NCBI GenBank assembly: GCA_951406725.2
Contig: OX597816.1
Location: 19,654,001 to 19,718,000 of the forward strand
Source: Octopus vulgaris
Taxonomy: Eukaryota
Reading direction: 5' to 3'
DNA: 64,000 nucleotides
Shown here: positions 12,157 to 26,197 of the stretch, in pieces
Numbering within the stretch: position 1 is the stretch's first letter
Layout of the letters: every line of letters begins with the position of its first letter
Position numbers and translations under genes: made by a program
The notes under the pieces: generated by a model
What the model was told of the DNA's origin: nothing
The model's input: only the letters and a program-made list of their open reading frames with translations
Database searches by the model: none

Positions 12157-12857
12157 CATACGGTAATCTAACTCTTCAGGGTCTTTGTTTTTATAAGCTC
12201 AAGTAATTTTGTTTGTGTAGCAGGCTTTAAGCGATTAATCTTCGTTTACGTACATTTAAAAACGAAATGAAACTTTTTACATAGTTCTGTATCAAGAGCG
12301 AGTGTTATGTTGCTATCTATATATCCACAGATTAATGATTTGTCAATCGTAACAGCAATACATATTTGTAGACGACAGACAAGTAAGTTCACGATATGTT
12401 TCAAAAGGTAGCAGAATGGAAGAGAACCAAAAAATAAAAGTTTAGTGTAATGCTCTTCTGTGTCATATCAGTGCGGATGTCAATCGGAGTTCTAGGGGAG
12501 GTTTGGCTTAAGTCGGTGTCTCTGTAAATGTATCTATTTGCAACCAATACTGATTGAACTATTCATTACGGTACATTAAGAATAAATTGTATTTTTTGCC
12601 ATGAGATTTTGCTTCTACTTTATTCGTAGAATGAATGGCATTTTATCGATTACTCCAGGTGTTCATGTTTCGACAGAAACTTATAGCAGTCGAGTCATGT
12701 GTGCACATATAAGTTTTCTTTGAAATAATTTGTCAGATGGAAGATATATGCCACATACAGATTAATATAGATCCTTATTTAGGTATAAGTAAGCATTTTT
12801 AGGCAAGTATATTTAACTTGCTCATTGATCCATTAATTTACTAGGACCATATATATT

Positions 12858-13166
12858 TTATGCGCCCTTTTCATGCCTAGCCAGGCTCATGGATCCGGTT
12901 TCCCGGTTTCTATGGCGTGTGTGTCCCACGCCCTTCCAGCTGGATGGGACGCCAATTAATCGCAGTGTTACTCAAGAAACAGGAAGAAAGAGTGAGAGAA
13001 AGTTGGAGCGAAAGAGTCAACATGGGTCGCCACCACCCTCTGCCGGAGCCTTGTGGAGCTAAAGTTTTCGCTCAATAAACATACACAACGCCCGGTCTGG
13101 GAATCGAAACCGCGATCCTCCGACCGCGAGTCCACTGCCATAACCACTGGGCCATTGTGCCTTCAC
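12858..13166 (-). mobile_element. tRNA-derived SINE, head C with tail X
   Basis: Head TGGCCCAGTGG...GGTTTCGATTCCC as at 33736 and 58384; tail as at 2363-2470. Confidence 0.85.
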
Positions 13167-13249
13167 AGCCCTATATTTTATTGATACAAAATGAGGAAGA
13201 TTCAAGTTTATCTCGATAAAATTTGAACTCAAAAATATAATACCCCGAA

Positions 13250-13972
13250 GAAATATTAATTTCAAATTCTGTCACAAAACTCAGCGGTTTCTGCGTAGTG
13301 GGTAAGTAAGTCGATTATATGACCCCGAAAGAATACAGCCAACAGAAATATTATTTTCAAATTTTGTCACAAAAGCAGCCATTTCGGGAGAGGCAGCAAG
13401 TCGATAACATCGACCCCAGTGTTCCACTGGTACTTATTTTATCAATCCCGAAATGATGAAAGGTAAAGTCGATCCTGGTGGCATTTGAACTTAGAACATA
13501 AAGATGGATGAAATACCTCTATGCATTTTGCCCTCTGTGCTAACGATCCTGCCAGCTCCCAGAAATATTGACTTTAAATTTTGGCACAAGGCCAGCAATT
13601 TGAAGAAGGGGATATGTCGTTTACAATGACTCCAGTACTAAGCTTGTACTTAATTTATCGATTCCGAAAGTGAGAAAGGTAAAGTCGTCTTCAGCTGAAT
13701 TTGAACTCAGGACTTTGAGATGGATGAAATGCAGTTAAGAATTCTGCCCGGTGTGCTAACTATTCTACCAGCTTGCTGAGTTTGCACTCAGAAGAAACAT
13801 TGCTTTCAAATGTTGGCACAAAGACAGCAGTTTCGGAGGAGAGATAAGTCGAGTACATAGACCTCAGTGACGAGGCACCGAAAGGAGGAAAGTCAAAGTT
13901 GACCTCGGTGAAATTTGAACTCAAAAAATTAAAGATGGATGAAATGTCACTAACTATTTTCTCGGCGTGCTA

Positions 13973-13974
<2 letters not shown>
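13250..13974 (-). mobile_element. Tandem array of degenerate SINE A copies
   Basis: At least three repeats of CCGAAAnGATGAAAGGTAAAGTCGA...TTTGAACTCAG, plus a truncated unit. Confidence 0.8.
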
Positions 13975-14003
<29 letters not shown>

Positions 14004-14626
14004 CTTCTTCTTCTTCTTCTTCTTCTTCTTCTTCTTCTTCTTCTTCTTCTTCTTCTTCTTCTTCTTCTTCTTCTTCTTCTTCTTTTTCTTCTTCTTCCAA
14101 TCAGGAAACACGCCATTATCCACAAAGAATAATCTCTAATTTGAGCCTACTCTAAGCTATTAAAAGTGCATGTGGCAACTTGAAGATCCACCCACCACAC
14201 GCGTTGGACTGGCGGTTGTATGGGCACGAAAGCTACGTTGTTATCTTCATTCCGTAAACGGTGGTTTTTAAAGGGTGTCGAGCTGAAACATCCTTGGGTA
14301 CAGAGGATTCGCAATATAGACTAGGGTCTGAAAGTTTACCAAACCATAGTGGGTTACACCATGGTTCCTCTGCTTTGTGGCAGATGTAGGAATAAAGAGT
14401 GAAAGAAAATTGTGGTGAAAGAGTACAGCGGGGTTCACCACTCCCTGCCGGAGCCTCGTTGAGCTTAGTTATTTTTGCTCAATAAACACTCACAATGCCC
14501 ATTGGATTCCATTGGTGAAGAAGAATTTATCCTATCGAACAAACGGGAATCTCACAATGGGATTCGAAACCGCGTTCTTACGACCGCGAGTCCGCTGCCG
14601 TAACCACTGCGCCATCGCGCCTCCAC
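13975..14626 (-). mobile_element. SINE head C with a distinct long tail ending in (GAA)n, 10-bp TSD
   Basis: GCGTGCTAAC at 13965-13974 and 14627-14636; (TTC)n at 13975-14097. Interrupts a SINE A copy. Confidence 0.8.
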
Positions 14627-14767
14627 GCGTGCTAACGTCCTCTCAGCTTACCGTCCAACTGAGTCGAAATATTATCGATGCAAATCCTTCTCACCGAGGC
14701 CAACTTCTTCATATGTAATTGATGTAGGTAAAGTTTCTTTAGCTGAAAGGTTTATCATATTTGCACT

Positions 14768-15262
14768 TTGTAAATTTTCCTGCTTACATTTCTATGAAAG
14801 TACTTTCTCAGTTCATATACTTGTACTTTGTCATTACTTTTCAGTATTCACTCTACTTAGTGACATCTCAGAAACTAATTAGCATAATTTTAACTTATAT
14901 TCATTAAGAATAAAGTTCTATAGATAATACGAATTTGAATATTGAATCGTAAGCCGAATAACCAAAATCTAGTATAACTTTCTTTTCTTTTGTTTTTGCC
15001 CCCTATAATAAATTTGTAATTTTTCTGCTTCAATTTGCAGGAAAGAATTTTCGCAGTTCATATACTTGTACTTTATGATTACTTTCCAGCATTCACTATA
15101 CTTAGTGAGATCTCAGAAGTTAATTTGCATAATTTTAGCTTATATTAATTAAGAATAAAGTTCTAAGGATAGTACAAATTCGAATATTGAATTCTAAGCC
15201 GAATAACCAAAATCAAGTTTTACTTTTTTATTTTTATTTTGATGCTCCCTATAATAAATTTG
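14768..15262 (+). repeat. Diverged ~245-bp tandem duplication
   Basis: CAGTTCATATACTTGTACTTT...AAGCCGAATAACCAAAATC...CCCTATAATAAATTTG occurs twice. Confidence 0.85.
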
Positions 15263-15682
15263 GGATCTTTTCGGTTTGAACGGCAGTTTTTAACATAATT
15301 TCTAGGTAACTAAACAATTTTAAACTTCGTATACTGGTAGAATGTGTTTATAAAATATCATTCTCTCTTGGCTTTATTGAGAAAATTCTATAGTTTGTAA
15401 GATATTTGTTGGTTTTTTCTTCAATTTCTGTAATTTCAACCAATCAGTGACGTCTATTGAGTGAAAAAGCATTCTGTGCCGTATGAATATGTCCCCCGTT
15501 TAAGAAACAGATTGGGTTTATTTACATTTGTGAAGAAAAAAAGATACTCTTCCCCTACCCCTATCCTAACCCTAACCCTAAAAGAGATTGAAATGCAATA
15601 TATCGATTCTAGGGTCATAATTATGGGTGACAATTTCATATGACACCGCTAGAAAAAACTGCCGTTCAAACCGAAAAGATCC
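15263..15682. mobile_element. MITE with 29-bp TIRs and 8-bp TSD (Merlin-like termini)
   Basis: TIR GGATCTTTTCGGTTTGAACGGCAGTTTTT at both ends; TSD TAAATTTG at 15255-15262 and 15683-15690. Confidence 0.9.
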
Positions 15683-16782
15683 TAAATTTGTATGTACAAG
15701 AACACATTATATGAATATATTTGATCGTTCGGCAATTCCAGACTTCTATGCAACATATATTGATATCAGACGAAGTAGTTGGAAAGGAAATTGTTAACGT
15801 GAAAATAGCGTGTACATCAATGTAGTTCAGCATAACTATGTCTCATTCAGACTGTTTTTCATTTTCTGACTGCATATTTTCGTACAGAAAAAAACAGGTA
15901 TATGGTGAGCAGAATCTCAAATAACCTATGAACTACTGCCAAAAACTTGCATTTCTGTACGTATTTATTCTTTTAAATCGATATTTGAAAATCAATATTT
16001 GCGAATTATTCGAGCTTATTATCACAGTTTTGAACATATCTTTAACTACTGCATGCCTTCACTGATTTTATATAAATACAACACATTTATAGTAATATAT
16101 GAGTGATTAAGACTAAATTTATTCCTCGAATCTTATTTATATATTATAGAATTTCCTACTTTTATCAGTATAATCAAACAAAGCTTCTAGCAAGCAATTT
16201 GATATTAAACGTCAATCACGATTTCAGAGCAATTTATGCAGCAATTATTCTACATATAATATATAAAATCATTCATATTTATAAATGTTTCCATAATCTC
16301 AAGAAATGCTACATTTTAATTCAGATTTTCATATAAATGGAAATGAACGTAGTTATATTTATGAAAAACAATATCTGTCATGTACTGAAATACAATATAT
16401 AAACTAGTTAATTCCTCTCTGACACTGAAATATCATTAGCATAAGCCGTCGTAATTTACAATATTCAGAAATGTTATTTATATTCAAATGTAAGTTTTAA
16501 ATAATTTTATATTGTTCATTCCACAAAAGATTAAAATTAAAACTCTTAAATGTAAACATACGTATAATGTGTTCATATTTATGGAATAATGTGTTATGGA
16601 TTTTGACGCAAAGCATAGAGTTGATAGCTATGGAGTTATAATTAGCTACAATATCTATTTCTAAAGCATCAAATATTTAGAGAACGGTGATCTATGGAAT
16701 GGTAAGAATTAAGGTATGAAGGAAAATAAACTAAGGTGTCATATTTATATTCATTCGCCATTTCTGAATTTAATCATAAACT

Positions 16783-17045
16783 GACACTCCGTCGGTTACG
16801 ACGACGAGAATTCGAGTTGATCCAATGAAGAGAACAGAGTGCTCATGAAATTGATATGAAAGTGTGGCTGAACATTTCACAAAAACGCATCCCCGTAACG
16901 TAATTCTCAGCGTGACACAAAATTTGACAACTTAGTTTCACCAGCTGAGTTTAGTGGCACAACGTCGTAAAAAGACGTACCTTGCTCAAAGACGCCCCGC
17001 CAGGAATCGAATTAATGGCCCTACGATCGTGAATCAAAAACCCTT
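16783..17045 (-). mobile_element. Degenerate SINE, head D with tail Y
   Basis: Similar to 10308-10632. Confidence 0.7.
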
Positions 17046-17083
17046 CAATGAATTTAATTACTATATTACGGTATAAGATGGTC

Positions 17084-17311
17084 CGGCGAGCTGGCAGAAA
17101 CGTTAGCACGCCGGGCGAAATGCTTAGCGGTATTTCTTCTGTCGTTACGTTGTGAGTTCAAATTGCGCCGTGGTTGACTTTGCCTTTCATCCTTTCGGGG
17201 TCGATTAAATAAGTACCAGTTACGCACTGGGGTCGATGTAATCGACTTAAAACCTATGTCTGTCCGTGTTTGTCACCTCTATGTTTAGCCCCTTGTAAGT
17301 AATAAAGAAAT
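17084..17311 (+). mobile_element. SINE family A
   Basis: Full copy ending TAAAGAAA. Confidence 0.9.
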
Positions 17312-17443
17312 ATGTATAAAATGGTCCCTGTATTAATAGGTCTACGTATATTCAGAATATACTTCTATCTGTCTGAACGTTAGAAATGCATTAATTTCCA
17401 AGTTTCATTATATTCCTGACATAAAAATACCTTTAAAATGAAT

Positions 17444-17620
17444 AGGCGTAGGAGTGGCTCTGTGGTAAGTAGCCTGCTTACGAAGCACATGGTTCCGGGT
17501 TCAGTCCCATTGCGTGGCACCTTGAGCAAGTGTCTTCTACCATAGCCTCGGGCCGACCAAAGCCTTGTGAGTGGATTTGGTTGACGGAAACTGAAAGAAG
17601 CCCTTGCTATATATGTATGC

Positions 17621-17679
<59 letters not shown>

Positions 17680-17913
17680 TGTGTGTATGTGTGTGTACAC
17701 GTTTGTGTGCCTGTGTTTGTCCCCCCAACATTGCTTGACAACCGATGCTGGTGTGTTTACGTCCCCGTAGCTTAGCGGTTCGGCAAAAGAGACCGATAGA
17801 ATTAGTACTACGCTTCCAAAGAATAAGTCCTGGGGTCGATTTGCTCGACTGAAGGTGGTGCTCCAGCATAGCCACAGTCAAATGACTGAAACAAGTAAAA
17901 GAGATTAAAAGAG
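17444..17913 (+). mobile_element. SINE family B with internal (TA)(TG) microsatellite
   Basis: Full copy. Confidence 0.9.
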
Positions 17914-18119
17914 TATCAAAACAGAATAAGTAATTCTTTTGGCATAAGCACAAATTTATTTCAGAAGAATATAATTGTTTACATTGAAGTTAATTTCATC
18001 CCCACCAAAAAATTCTCATACAAATAAAATATGCATGAATATAACTTTAAAACTCAAGATCTATGTAACATATTGGTAATTATTAAAATCATAGCTGGCT
18101 GTCTTAATGATGATAATAA

Positions 18120-18330
18120 TCCTTTTTAATAAAGTCACGAGCCCTGAAATATTGTGAGAGGGAACCAATCGATTACATCGACCCTAGTTTCACTGGTAAT
18201 TAATTTATCAACCCCGAAAAGATGAAAGCCAAATCCAACCTTGGCACAGTTTGAATTCAGAACATAAAAGACTGACGAAATAACGCTAAGCCTTTCATCC
18301 TGCTTGCTACCTATACTGCCGGCTTACCGC
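18120..18330 (-). mobile_element. Degenerate SINE family A
   Basis: Core CCCCGAAAAGATGAAAGCCAAA. Confidence 0.75.
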
Positions 18331-18332
18331 TG

Positions 18333-18477
18333 TAATAATGATGATAATAATGATAATAATAATAATAATAATAATAACAATAATGATAATAATAATGATA
18401 ATAACAATAATAATGATAATAATAATAATAATGATAATAATAATAACAATAATAATAACAATAATAATAATAATAAC

Positions 18478-18531
<54 letters not shown>

Positions 18532-18549
18532 TATTATAATAATAATTAT

Positions 18550-18611
<62 letters not shown>

Positions 18612-18703
18612 TAATAATAATGATAATAACAATAATAATGATAATAATAATAATAATAATAACAATAATGATAATAATAATGATAATAACAATAATGATG
18701 ATG

Positions 18704-18749
<46 letters not shown>

Positions 18750-18759
18750 TAATAATAAC

Positions 18760-18813
<54 letters not shown>

Positions 18814-18822
18814 TATTATTAT

Positions 18823-18866
<44 letters not shown>

Positions 18867-18901
18867 TAATGATAATAATAATGATAATAACAATAATAAT
18901 G

Positions 18902-18950
<49 letters not shown>

Positions 18951-18978
18951 TAATAATAACAATAATAATAATAATAAC

Positions 18979-19064
<86 letters not shown>

Positions 19065-19086
19065 GAAGAAGAAGAAGAAGAAGAAG
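18333..19086. repeat. Long (AAT)n array with GAT/AAC/TAT variants, ending in (AAG)n
   Basis: Direct reading; source of the poly-N/I/Y/L ORFs in the track. Confidence 0.95.
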
Positions 19087-19088
19087 AC

Positions 19089-19290
19089 GACGAGCTGCTA
19101 GAAACGTTAGCATGCCGGGCGAAATTGTCAACAGAATTTCGTCTGTCTTTACTTTCTGTGTTCAAATTCCTCCGAGGTTGACTTTGCCTTTCGGGGTCGA
19201 TAAATTAAGTACCTGTTGCGTACCGGGATCGATCTAATCGACTGGCCTCCTCCCCTAAGATTTTGGGCCTTATGCCTAGAGTAGAAAAGA
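19089..19290 (+). mobile_element. SINE family A
   Basis: Head and core match. Confidence 0.85.
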
Positions 19291-20611
19291 TTATTTGTCA
19301 AACAATGGTACGATTTTGCTGTTTAAGAACAAACAGTAACTCGTCTGAGTTATTTTCCTTGCTTCATTTTCTTTTCATGTAGGTAAATTACCTACAAATT
19401 ACCTAGAAAACAGAAACGTTTCCTGATGCAGACAAGATTTTTACAATATCAGTGAATATATCCTTGACTATTTGCTACACGTCAGAGGTGGAGCGATTTA
19501 TTTAAGTTATGTTATAAGCGGGTATATATATCATTGCCAAATCTGAAGAAAGACGAAATGCGTTTAGTGTAATAGCGGTGAAGATACTCCTCCGCTTTGA
19601 TACATATAGTGCATTTAAGAAAGTAAGTTAAGGAAGATATTTTTTTCTCAGACAATAATCAGAGCATCCTACCTTTCAATGCTATTTATAACTAAAACAA
19701 TTTGCAAATATGGGTGTTATTAAACACTATTAAAATAACTATACATATACATCATGAAGTTTAAAAAAACTACACGATTTTTATACATAACTATCCGTAT
19801 GATGTTAATATCTGGCAACAGTGTTTAAAAATGTTCTACTTACGAATATTACCTTATGGAAGTAATGTGGGGGAAGAAACTACTTAGTCATACACTAAGG
19901 TTGCATTTCATTTTATATAGAAATTAACAATTAAATTGTTTATATAGTCAACAGTTGTATTTTATTATTCTTTCGTCTGGTTCGCCACTGTGAGGTGTTA
20001 TAAAAAGACAGCATACATTCCTCTACGTGTTACGTTAACAATAACATTTCTTATTTTCTTTAAAATTTTCATTCGCATATTTGTTTTGTTATACAGTAAG
20101 CAAAAGGTCACTGTTTTGCTACATGTGCGACAAGCTATATGCAACATATATGTTTGATGGGGAATTGCAATAAAACTTCTTAGATGAGGGAACTTTAAAA
20201 TGACAGAATCCCCATATGACTGCATTCTTTTTTTTTTATGAATTCCAGTTTAAGCAACTATCCTATCGTAATTTTCAAAGGATATACTTTTTTGTGTTTT
20301 ATACATCAAAGTTGTGTATTTTGTGTGTATACGCAGCATGGTGTAGAATATTTGATACTATCTTTGTTTCTTCCAAAGAAACTGAAATAAACCAACGCCA
20401 AAGCTTTGCGTTCGATATTATAATATGAAATGTTAATCCCTACAAAATAAATAGATGAAAGAAAAATGTATATTGCTTAGCAGGTTGAGAAGTGTCATGG
20501 GTACATGTAGTTAAAAACCTAGAGAATGATAATAAATGAAATGTAATCCTAACTTCAAAATGTTTGCCATAATTTTCAGCACACGCACACGTACACATTT
20601 ATAATACTTGT

Positions 20612-20766
<155 letters not shown>

Positions 20767-20947
20767 AAATAATAAATATTAGGGAATAAATCCAAATTTA
20801 CAGGGAAAAAAATCAGATTTAGGATTAAATCCAATTTTATAGTAAAATATTATAAAATATTATTAGAGACAAAACCACTATTTTGCAAAACAAACAAGGA
20901 AAGACTTAATCAATACATAAAATTTTAATAAATAGTCAAAAAAACCG

Positions 20948-20990
20948 CCACTACAATCGTTTCTTGTCTTGATCGACAATCTTCAGGTGG
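20948..20990 (-). ncRNA. Type I minimal hammerhead ribozyme (H1, left arm)
   Basis: ccac CUGAAGA uuguc gaucaa gacaa GAAA c gauu g UA gugg on the minus strand. Confidence 0.8.
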
Positions 20991-22186
20991 ACTTCAATCT
21001 AAAATATCAATATTTTAGAATATACAAATAATAATTTTAAAATAATTAAAGTATGAATGAAAAAATATAAATATATAATCCATATATAACCTATATATAA
21101 TCCATATATAATCAATATATAAACATTATATAAACTAAAATAAACCTATCAACAATTAAATATAAAATATAAAATATAAAATATAAAACAAAACAAAAAA
21201 ATAATAATAATATAATAATAAACTATATATACACCCATACACATATACCTAATTATATATAACCATATCTAACTACATACACTAAACCATACACCTATAT
21301 ATATATCCCTATACATACACATAAAAACTTCTAGGCAACTATAAATAAATAAAATAGCTAAATACTTCAACACAATACTTATTCATACTCCCACACACAC
21401 ACACATACAACCCACATTACGCTCTAGAAAACGGACATCACTCAAAATTATGAACGGAGAAATGGAATAAATGGAATTAAAAATTATATTCACTTGGTAA
21501 AACGAACACTACTTAAAAATTATGAATGAAACAATGCAATAAAACAACAGACATCGCAAATATACACAAATTACTACGAATTCCTTAACAAACCTACCAT
21601 GATAAACCAAAACTCACAAAAACATATAATGATAAAATCTCCCTTTACTAAACTCTATAACATACCTATATAGCAATCTCCCTAACCTAAACATTCACAC
21701 ACAAATACACACACGTAAACCACACACCCACGACATATACAAATACCCACACCACTTACACATACCAATACATACATATAAACCTCAACATATACTCCAA
21801 AAACCCACTCAACCCCACACAGACAAATAAACACAAAAATTATGAATGGATTCTTTTATAAAACTACCATGATAAGCTAAAACTCACAAAACAGAAATGA
21901 TAAAACCTCCCTTTACTAAACACTATAACATACTTATATAGCAATCCCTTTAACCTATACATTCACACACAAAAACACACATGTAAACCACACACCCATA
22001 ACAAATACAAACACCCACCCCACTCACACACACCCACAAGTACATATAAGCCTCAACATATACACGAACAAAATTACTTTACCAAGGAACTTAACATATG
22101 TATAAAAAGTATAACCGCTCCGGAAACGAACATCTCTAAATTAATGAATGGAGAAATGGAATAAATGGAATTAAAAACAATATTCA

Positions 22187-24274
22187 CGTGGCAAAACGAA
22201 CACCACTCAAAAATTATGAATGAAACAATGCAATAAAACAACCAACATCGAAAATAGACAAATTACCACGAATTCCCTAAAGAAACCATGATAAACCAAA
22301 ACTCTTAAAAACATATAACGATAAAATCTCCCTTTGCTAAACTCTATAACAAACCTATATAGCAATCCCCCTAACCTAAACATTCACACACAAATACACA
22401 CACGTAAATCACAGACCCACATCTTATACACATACCTATACTAACTTATAAACCTCAATATACACCAAAATCCACTCCCTCCACACACAGACAAATTAAC
22501 ACATACATCCCAAAACCTAAATAACAAACCCATATACACATTCACACACAAACACACACACAGGCAAAACACACACACACAACAGATACATATACTCCCT
22601 CACATATACGCATATACATACTCACTAAACTCGATATATACAACAATATTTACACACCCACACTCATACAGATAAATAAATTATACAACTAAAAACTCAC
22701 ACACAATCTCATATACATAAACACTCCTATGAAAACAACATTAAATACATCGTAATTAACCAGAATATCAAAAATAACAATATGACATAAGGATAAATAA
22801 AATACATACTTACAAGTCAGTTTCAAATTGTAAAGTGAAATTAAATTCTTAGCCGTTAAAAAAATCAAACCAAAATTACGTTACCATAGAAATAACTTAT
22901 GTAAAAAAAGAATACGCATCATGGAAAGTAAACGTCATTTAAAATTATGAATGGAGAAAAAGAATAAATGGAACTAAAAACTATATCCACGTGGCAAACC
23001 AACACTACTTAAAAAAATTTATTATGAATGGATTCTTTAAAAAACTACCATGAAAAATCATTATATACATTTATGAGCTTTAGCTCACCTTAGCAACTCT
23101 AACAAACAACTTGCAGCAACCCAAACCTATTCTCGATGCCTACCTCACTACTACACTATTCACTCACAATTCCAAGTAACGCTAGACCACCACCCGGTTA
23201 CAATTCCCAACTCCACCCATTCATTCACAATTTCAACGACGTTCGCCTCCACAACGCTACATATAAGCCTCAACACATACACCGGAGATTCACATCCGTG
23301 CGAATGGGTGAGATTAATTCCTTAACAAACCTACCAAGATAAACCAAAACTCACAAAACATATAATGATAAAATGTCCCTTTACTAAACTCTATAACATA
23401 CCTATATAGCAATCCGTGGCAAAACGAACACCACTCAAAAATTATGAATGAAACAATGTAATAAAACAACCAACATCGAAAATAGACAAATTACCACGAA
23501 TTCCCTAAAAAAACCATGATAAACCAAATCTCTTAAAAACTATAACGATAAAATCTCCCTTTGCTAAACTCTATAACAAACCTATATAGCAATCCCCCTA
23601 ACCTAAACATTCACACACAAATACACACACTTAAACCACAGACCCACGACTTATACACATACCTATACTAACTTATAAACCTCAATATACACCAAAACCC
23701 ACTCCCTCACCACACAGACAAATTAACACATACATCCCAAAACCTAAATAACAAACCCATATACACATTCACACACAAACACACACACACGCAAAACACA
23801 CACACACAACAGATACATATACTCCCTCACATATACGCATATACATACTCACTAAAACTCGATATATACAACAATATTTACACACCCACACTCCTACAGA
23901 TAAATAAATTATACAACTAAAAACTCACACACAATCTCATATACATAAACACTCCTATGAAAACAACATTAAATACATCGTAATTAACCAGAATATCAAA
24001 AATAACAATATGACATAAGGATAAATAAAAAACATACTTACAAGTCAGTTTCAAATTATGAAGTGAAATTAAATTCTTAGCCGTTAAAAAAATCAAACCA
24101 AAATTACGTTACCATAGAAATAACTTATGTAAAAAAAGAATACGCGCCATGGAAAGTAAACGTCATTTAAAATTATGAATGGAGAAAAAGAATAAATGGA
24201 ACTAAAAACTATATCCACGTGGCAAACCAACACTACTTAAAAAAAATTTATTATGAATGGATTCTTTAAAAAAC
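22187..24274 (+). repeat. ~860-bp near-identical direct duplication (22187-23045 and 23415-24274) inside H1
   Basis: Both copies start CGTGGCAAAACGAACACCACTC and end TTATGAATGGATTCTTTAAAAAAC. Confidence 0.9.
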
Positions 24275-24678
24275 AGAAGGTTCTCTCTCCCTCTGATGCG
24301 AATCTTCTGCTTGATTATTTTTGTTGTAATAAGAGCCTTCTCTATAGTAAGAACTGTCATTTTTTTAATAAACAGATTCAGTTTAGTGTATGTAGTTAGA
24401 TATGGTTATATATAATTAGGTATATGTGTATGGGTGTATATATAGTTTATTATTATATTATTATTATTTTTTTTGTTTTGTTTTATATTTTATATTTTAT
24501 ATTTTATATTTAATTGTTGATAGGTTTATTTTAGTTTATATAATGTTTATATATTGATTATATATGGATTATATATAGGTTATATATGGATTATATATTT
24601 ATATTTTTTCATTCATACTTTAATTATTTTAAAATTATTATTTGTATATTCTAAAATATTGATATTTTAGATTGAAGT

Positions 24679-24721
24679 CCACCTGAAGATTGTCGATCAA
24701 GACAAGAAACGATTGTAGTGG
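24679..24721 (+). ncRNA. Type I minimal hammerhead ribozyme (H1, right arm)
   Basis: Stem I ccac/gugg; CUGAAGA at 24683-24689; stem II uuguc/gacaa; GAAA at 24706-24709; short stem III; GUA cleavage triplet at 24715-24717. Confidence 0.8.
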
Positions 24722-24816
24722 CGGTTTTTTTGACTATTTATTAAAATTTTATGTATTGATTAAGTCTTTCCTTGTTTGTTTTGCAAAATAGTGGTTTTGT
24801 CTCTAATAATATTTTA

Positions 24817-25404
<588 letters not shown>

Positions 25405-25512
25405 ACAGACACACATATATATGGGGAAAATTCACGAAAAAACAAACGACGAAGACAGGTGGTGTAGAAAACAAACATTTGTATTAGTATAATGCTCGGT
25501 AATTGAAAAAAT

Positions 25513-25548
25513 CTTTTACGTTTCCAGCCTACGCTCTTCCACAGAAAG
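25513..25548 (-). ncRNA. Variant minimal hammerhead-like motif (H4) in a ~145-bp insert (25423-25567)
   Basis: cuuu CUGUGGA ag agc guag gcu g GAAA CGUA aaag; stem I cuuu/aaag. The core departs from CUGANGA. Confidence 0.45.
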
Positions 25549-25619
25549 GAACACAGAAAAAAAGAAGTGTGTTTTACTTTACTAAATCCATGCATACATA
25601 TATATGTATGCATGTAGTC

Positions 25620-25652
<33 letters not shown>

Positions 25653-26197
25653 GGTATTTATGTATGTCTGTATGCGTGTATATAAATGTTTTCCTAAGGT
25701 ACTTACGAATACAAAAAATAAATGAAACGTAAATGATGAAACTGAAATGAAAATCAGCCATATCAAAGCAGAGAATAATATTGAGGTAAGAAAACATCAA
25801 ATGCTAATGTAGGCGTAAATAAGACATAATATATAAATACAAACATAATATATCCTTCAATGCAGGATATATTGATGCGTTACAGTTATTTTAATGGAGT
25901 TTTTACAAAAATATTTCGTGGGAAATCTTTTAAAATGAGTGATAGCTTTATAACGCTTTGCGTACGTTTTGTATTTGATAAATTTGCAAAAGGGATCATA
26001 CTAGGTATTTCCAAATGTAAGCACATTTTTTATAATGTAGGTTTCTATATATTTTGGAATTTAGTAACAAGAATTAATTACCCAGCATACAATTAGCGAG
26101 ACAAAGTCATTAGCAACACCTGGTTTCCGAAGTTTAAAAAAATTATTTTCCCTTTAAAGCATTTGAAATCATCCCGACAGGAGCTTATACTTTCTCT

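Noticed and set aside
15553-15580. Interstitial telomere
   Set aside because: Only a few degenerate units, and they are internal to a MITE.
18304-19237. 265-299-aa poly-N/I/Y ORFs
   Set aside because: Translations of the AAT array.
19539-19570. CTGAAGA...GAAA hammerhead-like match
   Set aside because: Only 5 nt between the cores, so no stem II, and no convincing stem I.
21440-24274. CRISPR-like reading of the recurring TTATGAATG motif
   Set aside because: Irregular spacing, duplicated rather than unique spacers, no cas genes, eukaryotic context.
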